A stretch of 64,000 bases of DNA from the NCBI GenBank assembly GCA_965223545.1, contig OZ245006.1, positions 6,912,001 to 6,976,000 on the forward strand, in the 5' to 3' direction. Below, in pieces: positions 46,424-55,889 of the stretch. Both the position numbers and the translations under genes were made by a program. The DNA is from Planctomycetota bacterium (GTDB lineage Bacteria > Planctomycetota > UBA1135 > UBA2386). Positions within the stretch are counted from its first letter, which is position 1, and each line of letters begins with the position of its first letter. The notes beneath the pieces are model-generated. The model saw only the letters and a program-made list of their open reading frames with translations, ran no database searches and was not told the origin of the DNA.

Positions 46424-46532
46424 GGAGGTGTCCAGGCGCGCCGATCATACGCGGCGTCCGGTGGCAGCGAGTTCTCGAGTGCCCATCCCAAGGGTTCTTC
46501 GGCATCGCGCCCCGGGTCGCTTGACGGCGCGC

Positions 46533-48011
46533 TCAGCCGTTCGCGTCCGCATCGCGCCACGCGGGTGCGAGCAGGCGGCGCTTGCCGTCGCGACTCAGCG
46601 GAATCTGCGCCCCGGGGCTGAACTCGCGGTCCCACAGCTGGCAGGTGACTTGCTTGTGGCGCTGGTCGAGTCCTTCGCAGTAGTTGGTGAACTTGCAGCG
46701 CCGCACCTCCGCGCCGCGGCCGGCCTCGATCTTGCGAAACCAGTCGGGGTCGGCGAGCGTCTGGCGCGCGGCGGCGACGGCGTCGGCGTCACCGGCGGCC
46801 AGGATGGACTCGGCCTGGTCGAAGCTGCAGATCCCGCCGGAGGTCACGATCGGGGTCCGCATTCCGGCGTTGCGCACCGCTCGACGGATGGCGGCTGACA
46901 GTGGCACGTTGCGGCCGAAGGGCCCGCGCGCGTCGCTGCGCACCGTCGGCATGCACTCGTGGCCGCTGGGTCCGGTGTAAGGGTACGCCGCTTCGCCGAC
47001 GCGCGGCTGCTTGGCATCCTCGAACTTGCCACCCTTGCTGACCGAGATGTAGTCGAGGCCGCCGGCGGCCAGCCGGCCGGCGTAGTAGACCGCGTCGTCC
47101 AGATCGCTGCCGCCGGCGATGGCCTCGTCGCCGAGGATGCGCGCGCCGACGCAGTAGGCGTCGCCGACGCGCGCACGGACCGCCGCCAACACCTCGAGCG
47201 GCAGTCGGACACGGCCCTCTCGGCTGCCGCCGTAGCCGTCGTCGCGCTCGTTGAGCCGGGACAGGAACGAGGCCATCGTGTAGGCGTGGGCGTAGTGGAG
47301 CTCGACGCCGTCGAAGCCTGCGGTGCGGGCGCGCTCGGCCGCCGTCGCGAACAGTGGGGGCAGCTGCTCGGGCAGGGCGCGGATCTGGGGCAGGTGCAGA
47401 TCGTTGACGGTCTCGCGGTAGCCCATCCGCAGATCGCGCAGCTCGCGCGCGTCGAGAACCCGGGCCAGCGCTTCGTCGTCCAGGGACTGTAGACCGGCGC
47501 GCAGCTCGGCCTCCTCGGCTTGCTCGAGGCCCGGGTCGAGGGCGGCGAGCGCGCGGCGATGGCGGTCCTCGATCCGCAGGTAGCGCGCCAGGTACACCGC
47601 CTTCTCGGGGCGGCGTTTGATCGTCAAGAAGTCGATGATCTGGATCAGCAGCCGGGTCTCGCCCTCGCTGTGCTCGCGCACCGTCTCGACCAACCGCCGC
47701 AACCCGGGAATGAAGCGGTCATCGCCGATGCGCAGCAGCGGTCCGCTCGGCACGTCGCGGATGCCGGTCGCCTCGACGACCAACACGCCGGGGCGGCCGC
47801 GCGCGAAGCGCGCGTACCAGTCGAGGACGTCGTCGGTGACGAAGCCGTCGTCGGAGGCCCGCCACGGCACCATCGCCGGCACCCAGGTGCGGCGGCGGGC
47901 CTCGATGGGACCAAGCGCGATCGGCCGAAACCAACGCCCGGCCGCGGCCTGCGCCTTCGACGGCCAGGTCGTCGGCGGCACCTCGTGCCACTGCACCGGC
48001 GAACCGCTCAT
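46533..48011 (-). CDS. NADH:flavin oxidoreductase (Old Yellow Enzyme family) with a C-terminal Cys cluster
   Basis: PAMVPW, AGFDGVELHYAHAY, RDDGYGGS and ARQTLADPDW motifs; C-terminal CKFTNYC...C. Confidence 0.9.
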   Translation of the reverse strand: MSGSPVQWHEVPPTTWPSKAQAAAGRWFRPIALGPIEARRRTWVPAMVPWRASDDGFVTDDVLDWYARFARGRPGVLVVEATGIRDVPSGPLLRIGDDRFIPGLRRLVETVREHSEGETRLLIQIIDFLTIKRRPEKAVYLARYLRIEDRHRRALAALDPGLEQAEEAELRAGLQSLDDEALARVLDARELRDLRMGYRETVNDLHLPQIRALPEQLPPLFATAAERARTAGFDGVELHYAHAYTMASFLSRLNERDDGYGGSREGRVRLPLEVLAAVRARVGDAYCVGARILGDEAIAGGSDLDDAVYYAGRLAAGGLDYISVSKGGKFEDAKQPRVGEAAYPYTGPSGHECMPTVRSDARGPFGRNVPLSAAIRRAVRNAGMRTPIVTSGGICSFDQAESILAAGDADAVAAARQTLADPDWFRKIEAGRGAEVRRCKFTNYCEGLDQRHKQVTCQLWDREFSPGAQIPLSRDGKRRLLAPAWRDADANG

Positions 48012-48013
48012 GC

Positions 48014-49720
48014 TCAGTCCAACAGCACGGAGCTGAGGGCCGAGCGCAGGCTCGACAGGTCGAAGGGCTTGGGCAAGAACTTGGTGCGCAGATCCTCGCT
48101 GGTGTGCGCCCGACTCGGATCGCAACCCGAGATCACGACCGCCGGCAGGCGCTCCCGCTTCTCCCGCATGCGCGCCAGCGTCGAGTGACCGTCGAGGCCG
48201 GGCATGTGCAGGTCGACGACCACGCACGCGTAGCGGCGCGGATCGCCCTCGAACAGCTCGACGGCGCGCAGGCCGTCTTCGGCTTGGTCGACCAAGAACC
48301 CCAGTCGATCGAGCATGCGCTGGCTGGTCGCGCGGCTGGTCGGCTCGTCGTCGATCAGGAGCACGGTGCCGCCGCCCAGCACGCTGGTGTCGTGTTCGGC
48401 GGCGACGGCCGCCGGGGCGTCCTCGTCGGAGGCGGGCAGCAGCAGGCGGAAGGTGGCGCCCTTGCCCGGGGCGCTCCGCACCTCGAGCGCGCCACCGTGG
48501 CTGCGGACGATGCCGTGCGCCGCGGCGAGGCCGAGACCGCGGCTGCCGCCCTTGGTGGTGAAGAACGGGTCGAAGATGCGGGTCGCCGTGGCCTGGTCCA
48601 TGCCGTGGCCGTTGTCGCTGACCTCCACCGCGACGTAGCGGCCCGGCGTCAGTCGTTCGTAGAGGCTCGGGTCGAGGTTGCCGGGGCAGGTCAGCTCCTC
48701 GGTGCGAACGGTGATCTCGCCGCCTTCCGCCGGCACCGCCTCGATGGCGTTGGTGATCAGGTTGAGCAAGACTTGGCGGATCTGGGTGCGGTCGGCCATC
48801 ACCGCCGGCAGCTCCGCGGCCGTCGCCCGCACCACCGAGCAGCCGGGCGGCAGGCTCAAGCGAGTCAGCTGTAGGGTGTCCAGCAGCTCGGCGTTGAGGT
48901 TGATCGGCTCGGCGGTGAAGCGACCGCGGCCCGAGTAGGCGAGCATCTTGCGTGCCAGCTCGGCGCACCGCCGTGCCGAGTCGCGGATGTCCTCGAGGCA
49001 CTCGGCCTCAACGCTTTCGGCGCTGACCCGCTCGCGAACCAGATCGGCGTTGCCGAGGATGCCGACCAGCAGGTTGTTGAAGTCGTGCGCGACGCTGCCG
49101 GCGAGCACGGTCATGCTCTCTTCGCGCTGCGCGTCGCGCAGCTGCGCCTCGAGCTTGCGGTCGAGGTCCAGCTGCAGCAGCTGGCGCCGGCTGCGGGCGT
49201 AGAACTCGAGCAAGAAGGTGATGGCGACCGCCAGGATCAGGGCGCCGAGCGTCAGGAGCGGCACCAGCTTCAGCCGTTGCCGCAGCTCGGTGTGCAGGTC
49301 GTGTGTCGCCTCGTTGATCTCCAGCAGGGCGTCGGCGATGCCCTTGAGCATCAGGTTGCCGGCGCTGCGCGAGTAGTGCTCGGGAACGCGGTCCACGAGC
49401 CGGGCGATCGGCGCGCGGTCGTCGGTCAGCGGTGCTTCGAGCATGTGCGCGCGGAGATCTTCGCGCAGGGTCGCGTAGCGCGGCTGGACCTCGGCGGCGG
49501 CGGGCCCCAGGCTGTTGAGCTCGTGGATCTCGCGCGAGGCATGCTCGATCATCGAGACGCAGCTCAGGTGCCAATCCAGTCGGTTGCCCAGCGGGCCGAG
49601 GGCAGAGGTGCGCCACCAAGAGTAGGATGTGATCAGCAGCGCGAGGAGCACTGGAACCCAGCGCCAGGTCGCGATGCGGTGGCCGACGGCTCGCCGCTTG
49701 GACGAATCGAACGAGAGCAT
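48014..49720 (-). CDS. Hybrid sensor histidine kinase / receiver
   Basis: Two TM helices, AHDFNNLL, NLITNA, DNGHGM, FFTTK and GLGL; C-terminal receiver (LIDDE, VVDLHMP, LPKPF). Confidence 0.92.
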   Translation of the reverse strand: MLSFDSSKRRAVGHRIATWRWVPVLLALLITSYSWWRTSALGPLGNRLDWHLSCVSMIEHASREIHELNSLGPAAAEVQPRYATLREDLRAHMLEAPLTDDRAPIARLVDRVPEHYSRSAGNLMLKGIADALLEINEATHDLHTELRQRLKLVPLLTLGALILAVAITFLLEFYARSRRQLLQLDLDRKLEAQLRDAQREESMTVLAGSVAHDFNNLLVGILGNADLVRERVSAESVEAECLEDIRDSARRCAELARKMLAYSGRGRFTAEPINLNAELLDTLQLTRLSLPPGCSVVRATAAELPAVMADRTQIRQVLLNLITNAIEAVPAEGGEITVRTEELTCPGNLDPSLYERLTPGRYVAVEVSDNGHGMDQATATRIFDPFFTTKGGSRGLGLAAAHGIVRSHGGALEVRSAPGKGATFRLLLPASDEDAPAAVAAEHDTSVLGGGTVLLIDDEPTSRATSQRMLDRLGFLVDQAEDGLRAVELFEGDPRRYACVVVDLHMPGLDGHSTLARMREKRERLPAVVISGCDPSRAHTSEDLRTKFLPKPFDLSSLRSALSSVLLD

Positions 49721-49735
49721 GGGACAATGCAGAGT

Positions 49736-51280
49736 ATGAAGCGTGGTGCGTCCCGGCGCAGGTGGCTTTTGCAATCGGCCTCCGCCTTGGTAGTCGGTGC
49801 GCTCGGCGGTGGGGCATGGGCGCAGACACCGTCCCCGCCGCCGGGAATGAAGGCGATCGACGTCGCGGGCCTGCGCGAGCACGCCACCTACTTGGCCTCC
49901 GACGAGCTCGGCGGCCGCTACACCGGGAGCGCGGGGCAGGTCGCGGCCGCCGAGTACGTCGCCGCGCGCTTCGCCGAGCTGGGGCTGCAGCCGTTGGGCG
50001 ACAAGGGGCGTTCCGGCCGGAGCTTCTTCCAGGAGTATCCGGTGGAGCGCGAAAGCCTCGACCCGAAGAAGACGTGGGTGTCGATCGATGGCGAAAAGAT
50101 CGCCTCGGGCTTCGCGGTGATCCGCGGCAAGAAGGCGGGCGTCACCGCCGCCAAGGGCGCGATCGCGTTCTGCGGCGATGGCAGCCCCGACGAGATTCCC
50201 CGCGGCAACCTGCGTCGTGCCGTGCCGTTGGTGCTGCTCGACGATCCGACCGACGACGGACCGATGGGCGCGATGCGCGCCGTGCGCGTGCTGCAACGGG
50301 CGGGGCAGATCAGCCGTGAGTTGGCCGGGCGGGGCGCGCGCTTGGTGTTGTTCGGTCTGCTGCGGACGGGTGGTGTTGCGGATTCACTCAACGCAACCGC
50401 CCTGCTTCCCGACAAGCCCCTGCTGCGGTTTGGCAACGAGGCCGGCCGGCACGCGCAGCCGCATGCCGTGCCGTCGGTGTTTCTCGGCCGGCCGCTGGCT
50501 GTGCGGATGCTGAGCCAGCTGGGCTTCGACGTCGACGACACCGAGGTCGTCGCGCCTGCGACACCGCGCAAGGTGTCGGCATCGGTTTCGGTCGGCGTGC
50601 GGCACGAGCCGCGCGCGACCGCGCGCAATGTGGTCGCGTGGTTGGCGGGAGGGCGTGCCAGCAAGGAGGCCGTGGTGTACTCGGCGCACATGGACCACAT
50701 GGGCACGCGGCTCGATGGAGACGCCTTCAACGGCGCCGACGACAACGCTTCCGGTACAGCTGGCTTGCTGGAGATCGCCGAGGCGTTTGCCGCCTCTGAG
50801 CCGCCCGAACGGTCGATCGTCTTCCTATCGGTCTCGGGCGAAGAGCTGGGGCTGTGGGGTTCGGCGTACTTCACCGAGCATCCGACGTGGCCGCTGAAGC
50901 GCATCGTCGCCAACATCAACATCGACATGATCGGCCGCAACGCGGCCGATTCGATCGAAGTGACGCCGAGTCACGCGCACGCCGACTACTCGACCCTGGT
51001 GCGCACCGCCGTCGAGCTCGGCGCGCGCTTGGGAATCGGCTTCGTCAGCGGCGACAAGTACTACAAGCGCAGCGACCACTACAACTTCGCCCAGCGGGGC
51101 ATACCCGTGGTGTTCTTCTGCGATGGCGAGCACGAGGACTACCACAAGGTGTCCGATCACGCCGAGCTGCTCGACTACGACAAGATGGCGCGCGTCGCCC
51201 AACTGGCCTACTGGACCGGCTGGGAGGTCGCGCAGGCGAGGGGGCGGCCGCGGGCGCTCGGCAGTCAGCCGAGCTGGTGA
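49736..51280 (+). CDS. M28-family metallopeptidase with PA-like insert and Tat-like signal
   Basis: SRRRWLL signal; SAHMDH, GADDNASG, GEELGLWGS, NIDMIGR, RSDH and DYH motifs. Confidence 0.92.
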   Translation: MKRGASRRRWLLQSASALVVGALGGGAWAQTPSPPPGMKAIDVAGLREHATYLASDELGGRYTGSAGQVAAAEYVAARFAELGLQPLGDKGRSGRSFFQEYPVERESLDPKKTWVSIDGEKIASGFAVIRGKKAGVTAAKGAIAFCGDGSPDEIPRGNLRRAVPLVLLDDPTDDGPMGAMRAVRVLQRAGQISRELAGRGARLVLFGLLRTGGVADSLNATALLPDKPLLRFGNEAGRHAQPHAVPSVFLGRPLAVRMLSQLGFDVDDTEVVAPATPRKVSASVSVGVRHEPRATARNVVAWLAGGRASKEAVVYSAHMDHMGTRLDGDAFNGADDNASGTAGLLEIAEAFAASEPPERSIVFLSVSGEELGLWGSAYFTEHPTWPLKRIVANINIDMIGRNAADSIEVTPSHAHADYSTLVRTAVELGARLGIGFVSGDKYYKRSDHYNFAQRGIPVVFFCDGEHEDYHKVSDHAELLDYDKMARVAQLAYWTGWEVAQARGRPRALGSQPSW

Positions 51281-52389
51281 GTCGCCTCCAGCACGGCGTC
51301 GGCGACTTGCTGCAGCTCGTCTTCGCGCAGCTCGGGGAAGATCGGCAGGGCCAAGTTGGTGCCGGCGGCCTGCTCGGCGGTTGCGAACTCGCCTGGTTCG
51401 TGCCCGAGCGAGCGGAAGCACGGCTGCAAGTGGAACGGCAGTGGATAGTAGATCGCGCAGCCGATCTCTTGCTGGCGTAGCGCTTGGTGCACGCGGTCTC
51501 GGGTCGGTCGATCGGTGCAGTGGATGACGAACTGGTTGTAGGCGTGCCGGTCGGCAACGTCCGTCGGTAGCCGTAGGGCTGCGCAATCGGCGAGACGCTC
51601 GCGATAGCGGGCCGCGTTGGTCCGGCGGGCCTCGGTGAACGTCTCGAGGTGGCGCAGCCTGACCGAGAGCACGGCGGCCTGCAACGCGTCGATGCGGAAG
51701 TTGCCGCCGACGAACTCGTGTTCGTACGCCGAGGTCTGGCCGTGATTGCGCATGCGCAGCATGCGCTCGGCGAAGGCGTCGTCGTCCGTGCACAGGAACC
51801 CGCCGTCCCCGGGGCCGCCGAGGTTCTTGCTCGGAAATGTCGAGAAGCAACCACACAGGCCGATCGAGCCGGCGGCGCGGCCGTCGACCCGGGTGCCGAT
51901 CGCCTGCGCGGCGTCTTCGATCAGCGGCACGTCGTGCCGGGCGAGCAGCGCGGCGATCTCGGTGACTCCGGCGGCGCTTCCGTACAGGTGCACGAAGATC
52001 GCGGCCTTCGGTTTCGGACCGCTGCTCAGCGCGGCTTCGAGCTGGCCCCGGTCCAGGTTGCACCAGGTCGGCTCGATGTCGACGAACACCGGCGTTGCTC
52101 CCAAGCGCGCGACTACGCCGGCCGTGGCGAAGAACGAGTACACCGGCATCAGCACGCGGTCGCCGGGGCCGACGTCGAGGCCCATCAGTGCGGCCAGCAG
52201 TGCGTCCGTGCCCGAGGACATGCCGATCACGTGGCGGACACCGAGGTAGTCGGCGAGCTGTCGCTCGAACGCGGTGACCTCGTCGCCCAGGATGTAGCGC
52301 CCGCTGCGCAGCACGCGCAGCGCGGCCGCTTCGATCTCGGACTGCAGAGTCTCGTAACTACGCTTAAGGTCGAGCAGCGGGACGGCCAT
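51265..52389 (-). CDS. DegT/DnrJ/EryC1/StrS-family PLP aminotransferase
   Basis: SGTDAL, IEDAAQAIG, FPSKNLGGPGDGG and GNFRIDALQAA motifs. Confidence 0.95.
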   Translation of the reverse strand: MAVPLLDLKRSYETLQSEIEAAALRVLRSGRYILGDEVTAFERQLADYLGVRHVIGMSSGTDALLAALMGLDVGPGDRVLMPVYSFFATAGVVARLGATPVFVDIEPTWCNLDRGQLEAALSSGPKPKAAIFVHLYGSAAGVTEIAALLARHDVPLIEDAAQAIGTRVDGRAAGSIGLCGCFSTFPSKNLGGPGDGGFLCTDDDAFAERMLRMRNHGQTSAYEHEFVGGNFRIDALQAAVLSVRLRHLETFTEARRTNAARYRERLADCAALRLPTDVADRHAYNQFVIHCTDRPTRDRVHQALRQQEIGCAIYYPLPFHLQPCFRSLGHEPGEFATAEQAAGTNLALPIFPELREDELQQVADAVLEATHQLG

Positions 52390-52395
52390 CGCAGG

Positions 52396-52401
52396 ACTAT
52401 A
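52396..52401 (-). promoter_or_regulatory. -10 box TATAGT, 6 nt before ATG 52389 (leaderless)
   Basis: Minus strand TATAGT-cctgcg-ATG. Confidence 0.6.
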
Positions 52402-52463
52402 GACCGCGCGACGGTTGGAATCTGCGCGCTGCGCCGCGGGCTGGGCCGCGGCTGGCGCGGTGG

Positions 52464-55400
52464 TCAGGCGCCCAACTGCTCGGCGATGGCCCGCACCGAA
52501 CCGGTCAGCAGCTCGACGGTGGCGATCGACCGCAACCGTTCCTCCGGGAACGTCGGCTGGGTCTCGGTGACCGCGTTGCGCAGCGTGTCGTAGCGGTTGC
52601 GGTAGCCGCGCAGCACGCCCCGCAGGGCGGGCACGGACAGCGAATCGGCGAGCTGCACGTGGAGCAGGGTCAGGCCGACCGTGGCGCCGTCGTGTACCTC
52701 GGGCACCAGGATGACCGTGCGTTGGTCGCTGGCGCCGGTGGCCACCAGAGTGCGTCGCTCGGTGGCGACCTGGTGCTTGGTACCGCGCAGTCGGGGGTCC
52801 TCGGCCGTGCGCGACGGGATCTCGGAGCCGAGCCCACCGCTGTCGATGACGTGGATGCTGGCGCCGTGATCGGCCGTGTCACCGTCGATGCGATAGCGCG
52901 TATGGCCGAGCACGCGGTCGAGCGCCGGACTCAGCGCTGCCAGGGTCTTCAGCTCGCGATAGCTGAGGTGGTCGCGCGGACAGCCGCTCTCCAGAACGGC
53001 GCGGATCAGCGGTGCGCCAAGCAGCTCCTCGTCGGAGCGCGAGATGCCGACGGTGACGGTCTTGGCCTGGTGCTTGATCGCGTCCACCGGCCGCGTCAGC
53101 TCCTCGATGGCGCGCGTCAGCGCCGCCGTGAGCTCCTCGATGACCACGCTGGGCGTGCCGACGCGGCCGTGTTCGGTGTCGTAGGCCTCGAGGGGCACGG
53201 AGCCCTGGGCGTAGCGCAGCGCGGACGCGAGGCGCACGCCGGTGCTGGCTTCCATCTGACCGTCGAGGCTGCCGCGCTGAAGGTCCTGGAAGAAGCGAGC
53301 CGCGGGCTTGGCCAAGTCCCTCCACAGCGAGCCCAACAGGTCGTCGCCGGTGTAGGTCGTCGATGCCAAGCGCTCGATCGCCGCCCGCATCTCGCGCAGC
53401 GGCTTGGCCAGGCCGTCGATCGCGAGCGCGGCCTCGTAGCCGAACAGGTGGCCGACGACGGCGGCGAGGACGAAATCCAACGACGGGTGCACGGCGGGCA
53501 CCGCGAACACGTCCAGCGCCGCCGCGAAACGCTGTTGCCCCTCGGTGGCGACCACCAGCGGGGCCGCCTTGTGGGCGCGGTAGATCGCCACTTCCTTGGC
53601 GACGTCGTCCGCCGTCGAGCCCGACAAGCCGGGGGTGCAGACCAGGATCAGCGGTTCGGCCGACAGATCGATGTGCTTCTTGTCTTCGGTCGCATCACAC
53701 GCGATGGACTTGTAGCAGAGCTCCGACAACTTGATGCGGATCTCCTGCGCCGCGATGCGGTTGTTGCCGTTGCCGACCACTGCCCAGTAGCGACGGCGCG
53801 GGGCGTGCTCGGCGGCGGCGGCGGCGATCTGCGCGCGCTTGTCGAGCGTGGACTGCATCGCGTCGGGCATGCTGCGCAGCGCGCTCAACAGCTCGTGCTG
53901 CCAAGCCTCGTCGCAGCGGCCGGTTTCCTCCGCCAGCGCACAGGCGAGCAACGCGCCGGCGGCGACCTGCGCGTAGAAGGCCTTGGTCGACGCGACGCTC
54001 ATCTCGACGTCGCGGCCATCGGAGGTGTAGAGCACGCCGTCGGCCTTGTCGCACAGGTCGCTGCTGCGACGGTTGACGATGCCGATCACCGTCGCGCCCC
54101 GCCCGCGCACCAGATCGACCGTGCGGTTGGTGTCGGTGGTGGTTCCCGACTGGCTGATGGCGACCACCAAGGTGTCGCTCATGTCCTCGCGCATGCGGAA
54201 GCCGGACAGCTCGGTGGCCGGCAGCGCGGTGACTTGCAGGTCGGTGCGGGCCAGTGCCTCGGTCATCAGCGCGGCGACCCCCTGGCCCGCCACCGCCGCA
54301 GTGCCTTGGCCGATGACCAGCAGCTGGCGGAAGCCGTTGCGCCGCAGCTTGTGGCGCACCTGGGGCGACAGCGTCTCGTCGCCGAGGACGACGTGCAGGC
54401 GCTCGCCGCGTTCGGCGATCTTGCCGCGCAGGGTCTTGCGGAAGGACCGCGGTGCCTCGGAGATCTCCTTCAGCAGAAAATGGCGAAACTCACCGCGGTC
54501 GATGTCGCGCGTGGTGACCTGGGCGGAGGCGACCTCTGCTTCCCTGAGCGGTAGCTCGGTGCCGTCGTAGGCGATGCGCCGCATGCCCTCGAGTGAGCCA
54601 GCGAGAGCCTTGTCGAGCACCAGGATCTGGCCCTGGCTGGCGGCTGGGTTCTCCGGGTTGCCGGGGGTTTCGCCGTCCATCCGCACATAGGCCTGGGTCT
54701 CCTCGACCACGCCGTAGGGTTCGCTGGCGACGATGTAGGCGTCTTCGCACAGGCCGACGTAAAGCGCCTGACCGCTGCCGCGCAGCGCGAGGAGGATGCG
54801 GTCGGGGTGGTCGGCAGCGTGGGCGGCGATCGCGACCGAGCCGACGAACGACGACACCGTGCGCCGGAACGCTTCGGTCAGCTCGCTGCCAGAGTTCAGC
54901 TGCCGCGAGACCAGCACCGGGATCACCTTGGCGTCGGTGGTGATCTCCGGTTCGACGCTGATCTGCTCGCGCGCCTTGATGTCGGCGTAGTTGTCGACGT
55001 CGCCGTTGAGCGCGGCGGTCACGTAGGGACCACCGTCGCGCGTCTGCTCCTCGTGATTCACGGGGTGGGCGTTGGGCTGGCTGATGATGCCAACGCTCGC
55101 CCAGCGCGTATGACCGAGGACGACCGCCTCGGCGTCCTGGTTCTGCAGGGCGAGGTGCAGCAGGACGTCGTCGCGGATCGCGGTGCGCAGCGCCCGGCAG
55201 TTGTCGCCGAGCTCGCCGATCTCGGCCGCTGCCTTGTAGACGAAGGCCAAGTGACCCGCCGGCGTTCGCACCGCGCGCGAGGTGAACAGCCGGTCGGTTG
55301 CCCGCGCCGCCAACAGCTCGTGCTGGGTGCTCAGGTCGAGTCCATGGCCGGTCACCAGCAAGTGCAGTCCGGCCGAATCGCGGCCGCGGACCTCGAGCCG

Positions 55401-55886
55401 ATCCAGAGACGAGAGCGCCATCTGCACCGAGTGGAACGCGGCGATCGCCGCCGGCTTGGCATCCACGCCGGCCAGGTCGGCCACCGCCCGGGCGGTGTGC
55501 AGCCGATCGTTGGCGACGGTCCAAACGGCGTCCTTGAGCCGGACCAGCGCCGCGTTGAGCTGCTCGAGCGTGCCGCCGTCGAGGCCGGCTTCGCCCGCGT
55601 CCAGCATGGTCTCCAGCCGCTCGATCCGCTCTTGGCAGGCGGCGGCGACGGTCTCGATGTGGTGCTCGAGGTCGGGGTCGGCAAGCAAACAGCGGGTTCC
55701 GGTGGGGCCCCACAGGCTCTGCGCGCAGCTCTCCAGTTGTTCGCTGGCGGCGATCAGCCGCTCACTCTCCAGGCCACAGCCGTCGGGGAGCTGGGCCAGC
55801 GCCGCGTCGATCGACCGGCGGACGTCGGCGCTCGCCGGGACCGGGCGGTCCGTCCGGCGGCGCAACACCGCGATGATTCCACACAT
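52464..55886 (-). CDS. glmS: Enlarged glutamine-fructose-6-phosphate transaminase (GlmS-like, 1140 aa)
   Basis: N-terminal MCGI, RGRDSAG, GHTRWA, NAHP, ISQSGTTTDT, VASTKAF and QAKTVTV motifs, plus large insertions. Confidence 0.85.
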   Translation of the reverse strand: MCGIIAVLRRRTDRPVPASADVRRSIDAALAQLPDGCGLESERLIAASEQLESCAQSLWGPTGTRCLLADPDLEHHIETVAAACQERIERLETMLDAGEAGLDGGTLEQLNAALVRLKDAVWTVANDRLHTARAVADLAGVDAKPAAIAAFHSVQMALSSLDRLEVRGRDSAGLHLLVTGHGLDLSTQHELLAARATDRLFTSRAVRTPAGHLAFVYKAAAEIGELGDNCRALRTAIRDDVLLHLALQNQDAEAVVLGHTRWASVGIISQPNAHPVNHEEQTRDGGPYVTAALNGDVDNYADIKAREQISVEPEITTDAKVIPVLVSRQLNSGSELTEAFRRTVSSFVGSVAIAAHAADHPDRILLALRGSGQALYVGLCEDAYIVASEPYGVVEETQAYVRMDGETPGNPENPAASQGQILVLDKALAGSLEGMRRIAYDGTELPLREAEVASAQVTTRDIDRGEFRHFLLKEISEAPRSFRKTLRGKIAERGERLHVVLGDETLSPQVRHKLRRNGFRQLLVIGQGTAAVAGQGVAALMTEALARTDLQVTALPATELSGFRMREDMSDTLVVAISQSGTTTDTNRTVDLVRGRGATVIGIVNRRSSDLCDKADGVLYTSDGRDVEMSVASTKAFYAQVAAGALLACALAEETGRCDEAWQHELLSALRSMPDAMQSTLDKRAQIAAAAAEHAPRRRYWAVVGNGNNRIAAQEIRIKLSELCYKSIACDATEDKKHIDLSAEPLILVCTPGLSGSTADDVAKEVAIYRAHKAAPLVVATEGQQRFAAALDVFAVPAVHPSLDFVLAAVVGHLFGYEAALAIDGLAKPLREMRAAIERLASTTYTGDDLLGSLWRDLAKPAARFFQDLQRGSLDGQMEASTGVRLASALRYAQGSVPLEAYDTEHGRVGTPSVVIEELTAALTRAIEELTRPVDAIKHQAKTVTVGISRSDEELLGAPLIRAVLESGCPRDHLSYRELKTLAALSPALDRVLGHTRYRIDGDTADHGASIHVIDSGGLGSEIPSRTAEDPRLRGTKHQVATERRTLVATGASDQRTVILVPEVHDGATVGLTLLHVQLADSLSVPALRGVLRGYRNRYDTLRNAVTETQPTFPEERLRSIATVELLTGSVRAIAEQLGA

Positions 55887-55889
55887 GAT

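Noticed and set aside
10334..55713. Many long Arg/Ala/Pro-rich ORFs (e.g. 10334..13264, 17706..20894, 27249..30374, 28394..31702, 36292..40335, 42888..45389)
   Set aside because: Alternative-frame or antisense shadows expected from stop-codon scarcity at high GC; each overlaps a gene with clear motifs.
55887..55889. glmS ribozyme upstream of glmS
   Set aside because: Only 3 nt separate glmS from the upstream gene, leaving no leader.
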